A stretch of 64,000 nucleotides of DNA from Octopus vulgaris (Eukaryota): contig OX597831.1 of assembly GCA_951406725.2 (NCBI GenBank), positions 9,362,001 to 9,426,000 of the forward strand, read 5' to 3'. A model generated the notes under the pieces. It saw only the letters and a program-made list of their open reading frames with translations, made no database searches and had not been told where the DNA came from. The position numbers and the translations under genes were made by a program. The number at the start of each line of letters is the position of its first letter. Positions within the stretch are counted from its first letter, which is position 1. Below, in pieces: positions 43,263 to 56,080 of this stretch.

Positions 43263-43873
43263 TATTTATAATTTTATGTGTCTCCATTCTACTTTTTTAT
43301 GTTCACTTTAATATTTTTGTACTTTCAATATGTTCAGCTATTTTCTAAAATTTATTCCTTTATTTTTTATTTTTCATTTTTTTTTTACATCTATTAAAAA
43401 CTGTAGTCTATTTAGAGGGAATTTCGGTAATAAACAGTTTATTTCTTGCAGACATAAAAATGTATCAATTCTTTTATTTTCTTTGACATCAAAAAAAAAA
43501 AAAAAAGAGAGCGAGAGAGAGAGAAAAAACTATTGCTCATTGGAAGAAATTTTCTCAAGTTCTTACTCTTATTGATTTTTGCCATTTTTCTTAGAAATCA
43601 TGGAAAATGAAACAATCCTGTAGTTTCTTCAAGATATTAATTATCTTCCTTTTCATAATGTGTGTATGTGTGTGTGTGTGTGTGTATTAGAAGGAGTTTT
43701 AGAGCGTGGGAGTACGTGTCTACGTAGGAGCTATGAATCTGTATGTGCGTGTATATGTGTATAGCGATGCATATCTACGTTTCTGTGTCTTTGTTTCCGT
43801 ATGCATGTCTCAGTGGTGTGTACGTATATGTATGTATGAATAGATCTATGTATGAATGTATGAATTATGTATT

Positions 43874-43925
<52 letters not shown>

Positions 43926-43990
43926 TGTGTATATATATATATATATATCCATATGTATATATATGTATGTATATGTATATATATTTATGT

Positions 43991-44033
<43 letters not shown>

Positions 44034-44085
44034 CATATATACATATACATATGTATATATATACATATATATGTATATATAGATG

Positions 44086-44116
<31 letters not shown>

Positions 44117-44224
44117 TATTTATATATCTATGTCTATGTGTGTATATGTATATCTATCTATCTAACTACCTATCTCTTTCTGTGTGTCTGTCTCTCTCTC
44201 TCTATATATATATATAAAATACAG

Positions 44225-44288
<64 letters not shown>

Positions 44289-44392
44289 TATGTTTTTGTC
44301 TCTTAGCATGTTTGCTTATATACATACATGTGTGTATGTGAATGTGCATGAATGCATACATGAATGCGTATTCACTTGTATGCACGTGCTGG

Positions 44393-44490
<98 letters not shown>
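42045..44490. repeat. Cluster of degenerate (TA)n/(TATG)n/(TG)n tracts
   Basis: Seen directly; interrupted by short unique islands. Confidence 0.9.
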
Positions 44491-45489
44491 ATGATTGTTA
44501 TGCGTGTTGTTGTTTTCCGTCGGTATTTTTAAGTGAATTTAAACAAAAGTTATACTTTAAAAAATATGAAAAAAAACAAAAAACACGAGACAAATCCTAA
44601 TAGCGAGCAGAAGAAAAAGAGAAACTAAAAATAACAGGAAACATAATTGAAATTATATGAGATGCGTGCCTGTCAGACTGCATGGCTTTCTATAGGTTTT
44701 GCGAACAATGACTAAAGTAAAAATAGCAGTTACATGCAACATCTGTCTGTCTGTATGTCCAAGCTAGAAGGACAAAAAAGAAAAAAAAAAAAGAATCAAC
44801 CACTAAAGCAGCCAATCACATTTTCGAGCGTAAAAAAATATACGAAATCGCCTAAAAGAATTAAGAAAAATTAAAAATAAAAAAAAAATGATTATCTGTA
44901 ATATTATAATTTTTTATGGCTTATAATTTACGGCAAAGTTGTTCTGGATAATAGACCTACTTTGTGCGTATGGTTGTAGGACATCGACCATAAGCGAGGG
45001 ATGGAACTTGAATTTGGCGAGTAAAATTAATTCGATGAAGTGTGTATATATATATAAACGACAGACTATGCTGATGATCTTGCTGATGTTTATGTATTCA
45101 TATACGTAAATTATTAACAAGTGAAACTAATTAGTACATAGGTAATCCTTTTTTATTTCGTATATTTTCATTTGTCTTCCTTATTTTTACGCTTTGGTTT
45201 TTTGCTGAATTTTTTTCTTAAGGACACATTCTCCGTGGAAAATAGCGATTTTGACGTCTATATCTAGCATACAAGCTGTCCACTTTTTGTGGTCAATCCT
45301 CTAAATTATATATATATATATATATGAGGTGGAGGTGCCGTGAATTACATTACGATGTGGTCTAACCCTTCAAGGGTTTGTATTGTTTTCATACTTTTCT
45401 GCCCTTCTGCACTATTAGTTGTATTTGTGATGTTATGGCTATTCCTCTCACCCATTGATTGTCGTTTAAAAAATAATAATTATAGTAAT

Positions 45490-46428
45490 AACTATTTCTC
45501 TTATAGGTACAAGATCTGAAATATATTCCATGGAAAAGGCGTAGTTGTCTACATCGGCCCCAGTGCTCATTGGTACTTAATTGATCGATCCAGAAAGGAG
45601 GAAAGGCAAAGTCAACCTCGGCAGAATTTGAACTCAGAACGTAAAGACAGACGAAATACCTATTTCTTTATTACCCACAAGGAGCTACACACAGAGGGGA
45701 CAATCAAGGACAGACAAACGGATTAAGTCGATTATATCGACGCCAGTGCGTAAGAGGTACTTATTTAATCGACCTCGAAAGGATGAAAGTCAAAGTCGAC
45801 CTCGGCGGAATTTGAACTCAGAACGTAGCGGCAGACGAAATACCTATTTCTTTACTACCCACAAGGGGCTACACACAGAGGGGACAATCAAGGACAGACA
45901 AACGGATTAAGTCGATTATATCGACGCCAGTGCGTAAGAGGTACTTATTTAATCGATCCCGAAAGGATGAAAGTCAAAGTCGACCTCGGCGGAATTTGAA
46001 CTCAGAACGTAGCGGCAGACGAAATACCTATTTCTTTACTACCCACAAGGGGCTACACACAGAGGGGACAATCAAGGACAGACAAACGGATTAAGTCGAT
46101 TATATCAACGCCAGTGCGTAAGAGGTACTTATTTAATCGATCCCGAAAGGATGAAAGTCAAAGTCGACCTCGGCGGAATTTGAACTCAGAACGTAGCGGC
46201 AGACGAAATACCTATTTCTTTACTACCCACAAGGGGCTACACACAGAGGGGACAATCAAGGACAGACAAACGGATTAAGTCGATTATATGGACGCCAGTG
46301 CGTAACAGGTACTTATTTAATCGACCCCGAAAGGATGAAAGTCAAAGTCGACCTCGGCGGAATTTGAACTCAGAACGTAGCGGCAAACGAAATACGGCTA
46401 CGCATTTCGCCCGACGCCTTACGTTTCT
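45490..46428 (-). mobile_element. SINE family A tandem concatemer (4 x 184 bp) joined to an older family A copy
   Basis: Unit tatttcttta... starts at 45661, 45845, 46029 and 46213. Every junction is gacgaaatacc|tatttc. The 5' head occurs only once, at about 46395-46428. Confidence 0.92.
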
Positions 46429-47424
46429 CACATATTATGTCACTAAATGTGTTGTGATGTACATACATTAGACACAAACGGGACGCAAATAACAATGAAA
46501 TATATTAAGAAAGACTCTGTCTCTCTCTTTCTCTGCCTTTCTCCTTCTTTCTCTCTGTCTCCCTCTTTCTCTGTCTGTCTGTCTTCCTCTCTCCGTCTCC
46601 CTCTTTCTCCGCCTGTCTTCCTCTTTCTCTCTGTCTCCCTCTTTCGCTCACTTTACTAATCCTTCGGTTAGATCAATAAATGTATGTGTTATATCTTAGT
46701 AGTTTGAAACTGAAATTTACTAATAAAACCTCTGTAGTTTAAGGCTGTACTCTTAAACGAGAAATCCAGCATATTTCAGAATTTCATATAAAATACCTAA
46801 ATAGACTGAGAACGAAAAGGTAAACAATTGATAAGTAAAGCCAACATTTGTACACGTGAAAAACAACGAGGATCTTAATCGACGGTTAATAAAAAATAAA
46901 TAGATTAAACTAGAAAAAAGTTTGGATATCTTACACAGAACGTGTAAAAGTTTAAAGTTCCCGGTTATCTAACGACTTAGAAAGTTCAGAATTTTCTCCT
47001 TACAGATAAATCAATTTAATTCCAAATTTCAAAAAGACAAGCAAAACCTGAAATTTGGAACAGAAACTCGTGTCAAAGAGAAGCAGGGAGAGAGGCGATG
47101 GTGGGGTGAGAGGGAAGTGGACGAAAGCTTATTAAGGGCAAAGGAAAAATAAAATATAAGGACCAGTTAGAGAGGAAAACAAGAATGAGAATAAGAATTG
47201 TTGGTTGCCTTAAGTGAAAGGATGTTCTCAGTAATGGATTGATTCCCGCAGTTGGTTGCTTTATCAGTGAATGAAATATGATAGACACACAACTTTAGTT
47301 CTTAATACAAATTTATTAGCATTGTAAAAGAACAGAGAAAGGATTTCGTTATTTAATTATTTATTTGTTTGAAAATTTATTATAGCTTCTGTATTTGTTA
47401 CTATCATCATAATCACCACTGTTG

Positions 47425-47436
47425 ATATTATTATTA

Positions 47437-47478
<42 letters not shown>

Positions 47479-47490
47479 GTATTATTATTA

Positions 47491-47522
<32 letters not shown>

Positions 47523-47646
47523 GTTATTATTATTATTATCATTGTCATTATTATTATTATTATTATTATTGTTGTTGTTGTTGTTGTTGTTGTTATTATT
47601 GTTGTTGTTGTTATTATTATTATTGTTATTATTATTATTATTATTA

Positions 47647-47681
<35 letters not shown>

Positions 47682-47919
47682 GTTATTATTATTGTTATTA
47701 TTATTATTATTAGTTGTAGTATTAGTGTTATTATTAGTTGTCGTAGTCGTAGTAGTAGTGATATTTTTAATCATTTATTGCAATTTTAATTTTTTAAAAA
47801 GAAAATTCTATAATACAACAAGTAGGGATGCTGTGATATTTTAGCAAATGAATGACATGCAATCTCAGCAAAAGTAAGGAACAGAGGGAGAGAGAGAAGA
47901 GAGAGAGAAGAGAGAGAGA

Positions 47920-47997
<78 letters not shown>
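47425..47997. repeat. (TTA/TTG)n and (GA)n microsatellites
   Basis: About 47425-47760 and 47885-47997. Confidence 0.95.
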
Positions 47998-47999
<2 letters not shown>

Positions 48000-48654
48000 G
48001 GTATAGAAGATATCATTCTTAATGGATTTTAACTATCTCTGACAGTTGCTTTGACAGCTTTTGGATAGATGGCATGCTAACTCCATCCGGATTAAGACAC
48101 GCACACAACCGCACGTTCACAATTGCATACGCGGTCAGAGATACGCCACACACACGCATACACACACACACACGCACACACACACACACACATACACAGA
48201 ACCACACTCATACACTGACACACGCATTTATATGTGTGAGTGCTTGCTTGAGTGCACCTGTGTGTGTGTGAGAGAGAGAAAGAGAGAGAAAGAGAGAGAG
48301 ACGGAGAGAGGGTATCTATTCTTAATTCGAAATTTACAACAGAAATAAATGATAAATACAACAAAAACCTAAATAACAATAAAATATCCCATTGATATTC
48401 ATTTCTTAACTGAAACGTAAGATTAATGTTTTACTCAATGATTATGGTGATGATGATGATGATGATGATGATGATGCTATAACCACAAAATTAGGAATTT
48501 TAACTCAATTAATTTAGGGATTTATTATCGCAGTTGAACACAGAATAAATTGCAGATGTGAGGATCAAGTGAAAACGGAGGTAAAAATACACACACACAC
48601 ACTCACACATATATATATATATATATATGGTTGTGATTGAAACACAATTGTGGC

Positions 48655-48905
48655 CATGATGGTGGTGATGATGATGATGATGATGATGATGAGGAGGAGG
48701 AGGAGGAGGAAGACGGTTAAGGCGACAACGACGATGATGAGGAAGTCATCATCAGCATCATCATCGTCATCATTATCGCCATCATCATCACCATAATCAT
48801 CATCATCATCATCATCGTCATCACCATCCTCCTCCACCTCATCCTCCTCCTCCTCATCATCATCATCATCGCTATCATCATCACCATCATCATCATAATT
48901 ATCGC

Positions 48906-48944
<39 letters not shown>

Positions 48945-49020
48945 TATCGCCATCATCATCATGATCATCATTGCCATCATGATCATCATGATCGTCATCA
49001 TTAACATCGTCGTCGTCGTC
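48655..49020. repeat. (GAT)n(GAG)n followed by (CCT)n(CAT)n microsatellites
   Basis: Seen directly; the two halves are mutually complementary. Confidence 0.92.
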
Positions 49021-50259
49021 TTTGTGACTGTGATGTTTATTTCGAGAGAGAGAGTGTTAATGAAGCAAGGCTTAAGAAAGAATCAACTGTGGATGTTAGT
49101 TAGATGTTGTGGAAAATCGTTGAATTTTCGAGAAAAAAAAGACCAAAAAAACATGGAAACGTCGGGGTTAGGGGCAGAGAAAAACCAGGCTTAGTACTTT
49201 TATTATTGTTGTTGTTGCTACTGCCATTGGTTTTGTTGTTGTTGTTGTTGTTTGTTTTAAGATTTCAAAGAGAATAATTTAACGTCTAATAGCTTCTCTC
49301 TTACACTCCACTGAAAATCAGATTACTGAAGGTTTGTTGGAGCTTAATCTTTTTAGCTATCTTGATAAGTTCCTTTCTTATATGATCACAAATTATCACT
49401 TCAAAGAAAACATATGAAAGGAAAGCATAAATAAATCAATAAAGAAATATATACAAAAATAAATCGAAATGCATAGCACCGCGTACTAACATCTCTGTTT
49501 CCTATATTCAGAGGGTTTATATAATATAAACCTCTTATTGCAGCAGACCTCTTTAACAATAATTTCGTTCTCTTCTGGAGAAATATTTACAAGGTTTACG
49601 TTGAGTTAGTGAAGTATTCTACGGCTTAAATGAGTAAATCTAGCTGAAAAAGTCAGAACAAATTAATAAGCATTTGGGTAACCGTAGGGCCTTAGACCAG
49701 AGAAAATGCTCGGACAAGAAGGGATCTAGAACAAGTGTAAAGGCTCTGAGATGTAAAGGATATTGGGCAAAGAGATGTAAAAGTCATTGGAGGAATGAAT
49801 GATATCGTAATGAATCGGGGTGAAATGAATATGAAGGGAACTCATAGGAATCTATATGAAAGAGTCAAAGGATTTTCACGTGAGGAAGATTACAAAGATG
49901 AGAATTTTTGAAAATGGTGTATCGGCTTGCAGCAAATCTTTTGATCCATTGGATACACCCATTGCATCTATACAAAGCATCTCAATAGGATTTCCAATGG
50001 CACTGAAATTCCTAAAGTGTCAGATGAGGGATTGTTACTAAAATATTCATGCAAATGCTTACCTCTATCAGAGAAATTCTGCAATAACGAGAACATATCA
50101 ACGCCAGCTCTTTAAACGGAACAACGCCATCATTAAAAATGGTATCCAGAGGAAGACCTGCTTTACTCAACCCCGTCTTACCTAGTTTGACAAAATCTCT
50201 TTGATGGAGCAAACATTTCTAGTGATAGATATAAATATGATTCAAGATGTATGTGTGTG

Positions 50260-50319
<60 letters not shown>

Positions 50320-50322
<3 letters not shown>

Positions 50323-50542
50323 TTTTTTTTGCTTCAGTCATGTGAAAGTGGGCATGCTAGAGCACAAATCGACTCCATGAATTATTTTTTGTAAGCTTGT
50401 ACTTGTTGTATTGGTCTCTTTTGCCGAACCGCTAAGTTACGGGGATGTAAATACACCAACATCGCTTGACAAGCGATGTTGGTGTATTTACAAACATAGA
50501 TAAACACAGACACAGATAAACACACACACGCACACACACAGA

Positions 50543-50550
<8 letters not shown>
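50320..50550 (-). mobile_element. SINE family B, 3' half
   Basis: ttttgccgaaccgctaagttacggggatgtaaatacaccaac. Confidence 0.82.
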
Positions 50551-50613
<63 letters not shown>

Positions 50614-50615
<2 letters not shown>

Positions 50616-50860
50616 TTGCTATTATGCAAAAGTGTCGTAGGTCCAAAACGTTGCTTTTTCAAAAAACGTAAAAAATAGTTTCACCGTTCCATACCAAAAC
50701 TGTTGTACAACAATCTGACAATTTTTGATATCCTGGCATGTGAAGGAGTTGGAGTTACGAGAGTTTGACCAAAATAACCGGCTATTACAAGCAAGAATAA
50801 ATATTGAAGAAATGCATTTGGCCAAGTTTGGACATACGATAATTTAACATAATAGCAACG
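50614..50860. mobile_element. MITE with ~40-bp imperfect TIRs inserted in (TA)n
   Basis: cgttgctattatg...cataatagcaacg are perfect terminal inverted repeats; inner tcgtaggtccaaa / tttggacatacga also pair; TA flanks. Confidence 0.8.
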
Positions 50861-51159
50861 ATATATATACTCAAACATACATACAGATAAATAGACAGAT
50901 ATACACATCTGTGTGTATTCGTGTGTGTGAGTGTTTGTCGGACACCAACATTTGACAACGTGTATTGATGTGTTTACCACTTTGTCAATTAGCCCTTCGA
51001 CAAATTATATCGACAAAATAAACACCAAGCTTAAAACAAGTTCTTGGGTCAACTTGTTCGACGAAATATTGGAAGGAATTGCTCCAGCATGGCTTTAGAA
51101 ATCCTATTATTGAAACAAGCAAAAAAATGTTGAAAGATAACATTTTTGCAGTCTACATA

Positions 51160-51572
51160 ATCCTTTCTACTAAAGGGACAATGCCTGAAATTTGTGGGGA
51201 GGGGGACCAGTCGATTTCATCGATCCCAGTGTTTCATTGGTACTTAATTTATCGACCCCGAAAGAATGAAAGAATAATAGAATAATAGAATGAAAGGCAA
51301 AATCGACCTCGGCGGAATCTGAACTCAGGACGTAGTGATAGGCGAAATACCGCGAATCATTTCGTCCAGCATGCTAACGATTCTTTGCTACTATGGGTAC
51401 AAGGTCTAAAATTTGGGGGAGGAGGATAGTCGATATAATCGACCCCAGTGCGTAACTGGTATTTCATCGACCCCGAAATGATGAAAGGTAAAGTCGACCT
51501 CGCTGGAATTTGAACTCAGAATGTAGCGAATAAACATTTCGTCCAGCGTGCTAACGATTCTGCCAGCTCGCC
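51160..51572 (-). mobile_element. Two adjacent SINE family A copies
   Basis: Two successive gaaaggc(t)aaa(a/g)tcgacctcg...gaactcag...gctaacgattc blocks. Confidence 0.85.
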
Positions 51573-51614
51573 ACTTTGTGCTGCCCATATAATGGTTAGT
51601 AAAAGTTTTATGAG

Positions 51615-51935
51615 GGCAGTTGTCTTAGTGTTTAGGATATTAGGCTTCAGTCGTAAGATAGTGAGTTCGATTCCTGGCGTTGCGTTGTATCATTCAGCAT
51701 GACATTTTATTTCATGTGGCTCCATTCTCCGAAGCACGCAAAAATGAATAGTATCTGTAATTAAAAAGGGGCCACCCTCGGCCCATTCTGCGCCCCGCTG
51801 AATCTTCCCGAGAACTACGCTAAAGATGCGCCTATTTGTGGAGTGTTCAGCCATTTGCAAGGTAATTTCGCGAGTAAAGCTGTTCCGTACATCTATTCAA
51901 ATGGTCCACTCACCGTCGCAACCGACGAAGTGCTG
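51615..51935 (+). mobile_element. Old SINE with tail type 1 (family C-related)
   Basis: gagttcgattcctgg B-box and cccgagaactacgctaaag...ggagtgttcagcca tail. Confidence 0.7.
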
Positions 51936-52825
51936 GTTGTGTAAAAAAAAAAGAAAAAAAGTCGAAGAAGAGTAATTTATGTTGCATACAGACGCCGCGT
52001 ACCACTTGACCTCACATCATTTGCTAAACTAAGTACACAAAACAATCAATACTTTGACCAAACACATACGTTTACCGACTGTTTTATATCCACGTTAAGT
52101 TTTAAGACAATATATATGTGTGGTTTGTCTGTTCTGGGTTAGCGTCATGTTTTCTTTTAACGTTAATAATGAAAGAGATAATAACATCGTACACAGCTTT
52201 ATCTTAATAATGATATCATTATACAAAAATAGTCGATCTCCTACGGAGTTGCTGTAATCAATATATAACAAAACAACATAGATGCGAAAGCAAACTTTAA
52301 TCTTATACATCTGAATAACTCTTTTGACTGTATTTACGTTTTGTCGTTTTGTGATTTCCTTTTTTTCTCTTCTCCGCTGTTACTAATTAACAGTGAACTT
52401 ATTCCACGAACTTACTAATTAAAACCAAGTACTCATTTACCAAGTGGCAAATTGGTGCAGTCGTCAGTGCGGCAAGTAGAATGACTAAAATGGATTGCTT
52501 AAAAAATAAAATGGTGGATAGAGACGAGCGAGAAAGAAACGTTCGTATTCGTCAGCAAAGTTATAAAAAGGAAATCTACGCGGTTTTCTGCCCTTGGCAG
52601 GCAAATTCTATTGAGTCAGCGTAGCTTTCCGTTATTTCAATATCTAGTACTAGTGTTAAGATTTCCGTTCCTGTCTTGGTTGATATAAAGTCCACCCGTA
52701 TCACATAATGTCTCAGTGTTCAGGCACATATTTTCGCTGAATCCTGGCTTGTTTTCAAATTACTTCAGCGTCCGTTACTTCGACTAGGAAACATCAACGT
52801 TCGAATTGACAAAGGAGACACCAAT

Positions 52826-52903
<78 letters not shown>

Positions 52904-53588
52904 TTATGTGTACATATATATATATATATACATATATATATTTAATTAAAAACTTAGGGTAACAAGAATATTTAACGAAAGATCCTTACCCCGAAGGTCT
53001 GATCGTGCTTCTCGTGTATTTGTGATAATAATCTCTCTATCAAAATGAAAGCAAATAAACTTTTCATTTTTGTGCTAATAAACATGAAAGCACAATTGTA
53101 AATATGACCAAGAACGCAGGAAAAAAATCTAGAACGGACGCGTTGTGAAACAGTGCTCCGTAGGATAACATTGCAAATATTTATCAGAAATACCGTTTGC
53201 TTCACAGAGCAAAAAAATATTTCTATCTTCAAAATTTCCACTGAATAAAGTCAAGATGAATATCAAAAGGAAATGGATGCAGATCTTGCAGTATGATATT
53301 TCGATAGAGAAATAGTTCTTTTACAATGAAGAAAAAGTGTGAGATAGAAAAAAAGAACTTAATCAATAGGCATTGTTACATATGTGCCAAAATTTCCGAT
53401 CGATGTACTGACCAAATTCAGGAAGATTGTCAAGAGTTATGAAAGAAGATAAACAACACAGAAAATGAAAATGTCGGGAAAGCAATGCCAGTGCTTTGAA
53501 AATTCCCAAACCAAAAAGCTATGAGAAGAGTTCATAATTGAGTAATGAAAACGGTCGTGTAAAAGTGCTCTAAACACAGTATAGGGAG

Positions 53589-53968
53589 GAAGCACTCCAT
53601 CGGTTACGATGATGAGGGTTCCGGTTGATCCGACCAACGGAACAGCCTGATCGTGAAATTAACGTGTAAGTGGCTGAGCACTCCACAGACACGTGTACCC
53701 TTAACGTAGTTCTCGGGGATATTCAGCGTGACACAGAGAGTGACAAGACCGGCCCTTTGAAATACAGGTAAAACAGAAACAGGAAGTAAGAGTGAGAGGA
53801 GGTTGTGGTGAAAGAGTACAGCAGGGATCACCGCCATCCCCTGCCGGAGCCTCGTGGAGCTTTAGGTGTTTTCGCTCAATAAACACTCACAACGCCCGGT
53901 CTGGGAATCGAAACCGCGATCCTACGACCGCGAGTCCGCTGCCCTAAACACTGGGCCATTGCGCCTCC
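53589..53968 (-). mobile_element. SINE family C, full length, tail type 1
   Basis: Reverse complement of 38251-38630; flanked by aaacacag(t/g)ata duplication. Confidence 0.93.
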
Positions 53969-54384
53969 AAACACAGGATACATCTTCAAGGAAGCACCAA
54001 AACCAAACTTTGAATGCACACACTAGGGATTCAAAGCTTGGGATGTCTTCAAACGAATGAAGAGATTATAAAACTAACTTAACCTTTAAAAATGCTGAAA
54101 ATCTGGGATGGGTTAGCGTAAGTGGAGTATGATGATAAAAAGAACATCTCAAACTCAATAAAAAGGAACGGGCGCTACAAATTCAAGGGTTGCACGTCCA
54201 CAAACGAAACGCAAAATACGGTAACCAACTAACAAGGAGCAATGCCAAAGATCTGGGATAGTTTTAAGCGTGAGGAAGAATATGAAGAAAAAGCGGACGA
54301 AATAAGGAATATGGAGCAAATAGAGGATTTGGGACATAAAGGAACCAACATTCAGCATAGTAGTCATCATCGCTAAAGAAAACT

Positions 54385-54710
54385 GGCACCCCGTCACTTG
54401 CGACGACGAGTGTTCCAATTGATTCGATCAACAGAACAGCCTGCTTGGGGAAAAAGTTTGCAAGTGGCTGAGAACTCCACAGACGCGTGAACCCTTAACG
54501 TAGTTCTCAGGGATATGTAGTATGCTGAAGAGTGTGACAAGTGTGGCCCCTTGAAATACCGATGCTACTCGTTTTGTGCCTGCTGTGTGGAGTGGTGCAC
54601 CGTGAAATAAAGTGTCCTGTTTAAGGGCACAACGCACTGCCGGAAATCGAACTCGGGACATTACGATGGTGGTCCAAATACCCGAACCACTGAGCCACGA
54701 TCCTTCACCA
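54385..54710 (-). mobile_element. Older CORE-like SINE with tail type 1
   Basis: gtggctgagaactccacagacgcgtgaacccttaacgtagttctc...gaaataaagtgtcctgtttaagggcacaac. Confidence 0.8.
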
Positions 54711-54829
54711 TAATTTAAAAAAAATGAAAAAGTAATACTGGTAATTATTTTACAGTGCGAATATTCTGCCACTGGAAATGAGGCCTTACAAAACTAACGC
54801 ATCGAAATAGATGCACAGAAAAGGTGACC

Positions 54830-55800
54830 CCTAAAATTATAAATATATCGGAAGAAGTTTAAGAGAAAAATGAAAATGATGTATTATTGAATAGATTTCA
54901 ATTTACTTTTACACAAAAATCAAATATCACCATAGAGATATTCAAATATATTATCAATGCCTCCACCCGAGGGAATTTTTCGACAATAGAGATGGAAGTG
55001 ATGATTCCATTGTCAGAAATAGATCGAACTTCACTTCATATAGAGGGAGTGGTAAATATTTGAATATTAATATCTATACGATGACTAATTTTTCTATTGT
55101 TACTTACTAATGGAAACAAAGGCTTCGAGGAAAAAGGAAGATATTCTCTCTACAGGTATTGAAAACTGATTTTTGAGAGAAAATGACGAAGGCGGAACTT
55201 GTATTATTATGAATAAAGAATTTGAGGAACATGAAGCATTTTAACAATTGACGTAAGAGATTTACTACAAGGAAAAATATAAAGCATTTCATGAACGAAA
55301 TCAAACCATTAATAGAGCAATGATCAGATTGTTTTCTAAGGCGGTGATGTGGTAGAATCGTTTGCGCGGCGGGCGAAATGCTTAGCGGTATTTCGTCTGC
55401 GGTTAAGTTCTGAGTTCAAATTCTGCCGAGGTCATCTTTGCCTTTCATCCTTTCGGGGTTGATGAATTAAGAAGCAGTTGCGTGCTAGTGTCGATCTAAT
55501 CGACTGGCTTCCGCCCGCATAATTTCAGGCCTTGTGCCTAGAGTAGATAATAATGATCAGACTGTTCTCTGATAAAGAAATCGATACCATGTCGAACTAC
55601 AAAAATAGGGAAAATTATATTTATGGATTTCCAATGATTCATAGGGACACTATATTATAGATCGCAATAAACGTACGAAATAACCAAGCATGTAGAGACT
55701 GAAACAAGCTGATCTGAAATTGGCCAAAAAGTGCAGGGCCAAAAATTTATAAGAAATTCGATAGATTCCATACTTAGGCACGTACACCCCAAGACTCCAA
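54830..55800 (+). pseudogene. Penelope-like retroelement N-terminal/RT relic, interrupted by a SINE
   Basis: Ordered motifs: KIINISEEV..ENDVLLNRFQFT (NLS..LT..E..LLxKGLxF), DSIVRNRSNFT, RENDEGGTCIIMNKEFEEHEAF*QL (ADKGGxVVIMxK..Y), YIYGFPMIHR (FYGLPKIHK), DLKL..AGP. Confidence 0.75.
55340..55551 (+). mobile_element. SINE family A with ~19-bp TSD, nested in the PLE relic
   Basis: aatgatcagattgttttct (55319-55337) versus aatgatcagactgttctct (55552-55570). Confidence 0.88.
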
Positions 55801-55939
55801 CGGAGTCCTTTAACTCATTATTTCACCCAAAGGAACAATTTAACAAGTTGCCGCGTAAATATTTGCACCCTTATATACAGCTCAGATTAGGTTTAGCAGT
55901 AGAAACATGATTAATGGCTTATTTCAAAACGTTTAATTA

Positions 55940-56080
55940 TCAAAATCCGACGTAGTCATATATTGTGCATATTTTACAAGCAATTGTGATCTTGGCCCTC
56001 CTAACAACATCCGAAGACTAACGATTTTTGTTTGGAAAGTCTCATCCGTGGTTACTCTTGACTTTCTTCCCGTATATGTT
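55940..56080 (-). pseudogene. Second PLE RT fragment, opposite strand
   Basis: KIVSLRMLLGGPRSQLLVKY resembles PLE LRPIVGGPxxPTxxLSxY. Confidence 0.35.

Noticed and set aside
45661-46396. CRISPR-like or satellite array
   Set aside because: The units are whole SINE bodies with no unique spacers, in a eukaryotic context.
49856-50220. Possible PLE thumb-domain relic
   Set aside because: Similarity (NPVLPSLTKSL) is too faint to call.
55137-55161. Resemblance to miR-993-3p (tctctacaggtat)
   Set aside because: The seed region differs, no precursor hairpin is visible, and it lies inside a PLE coding relic.
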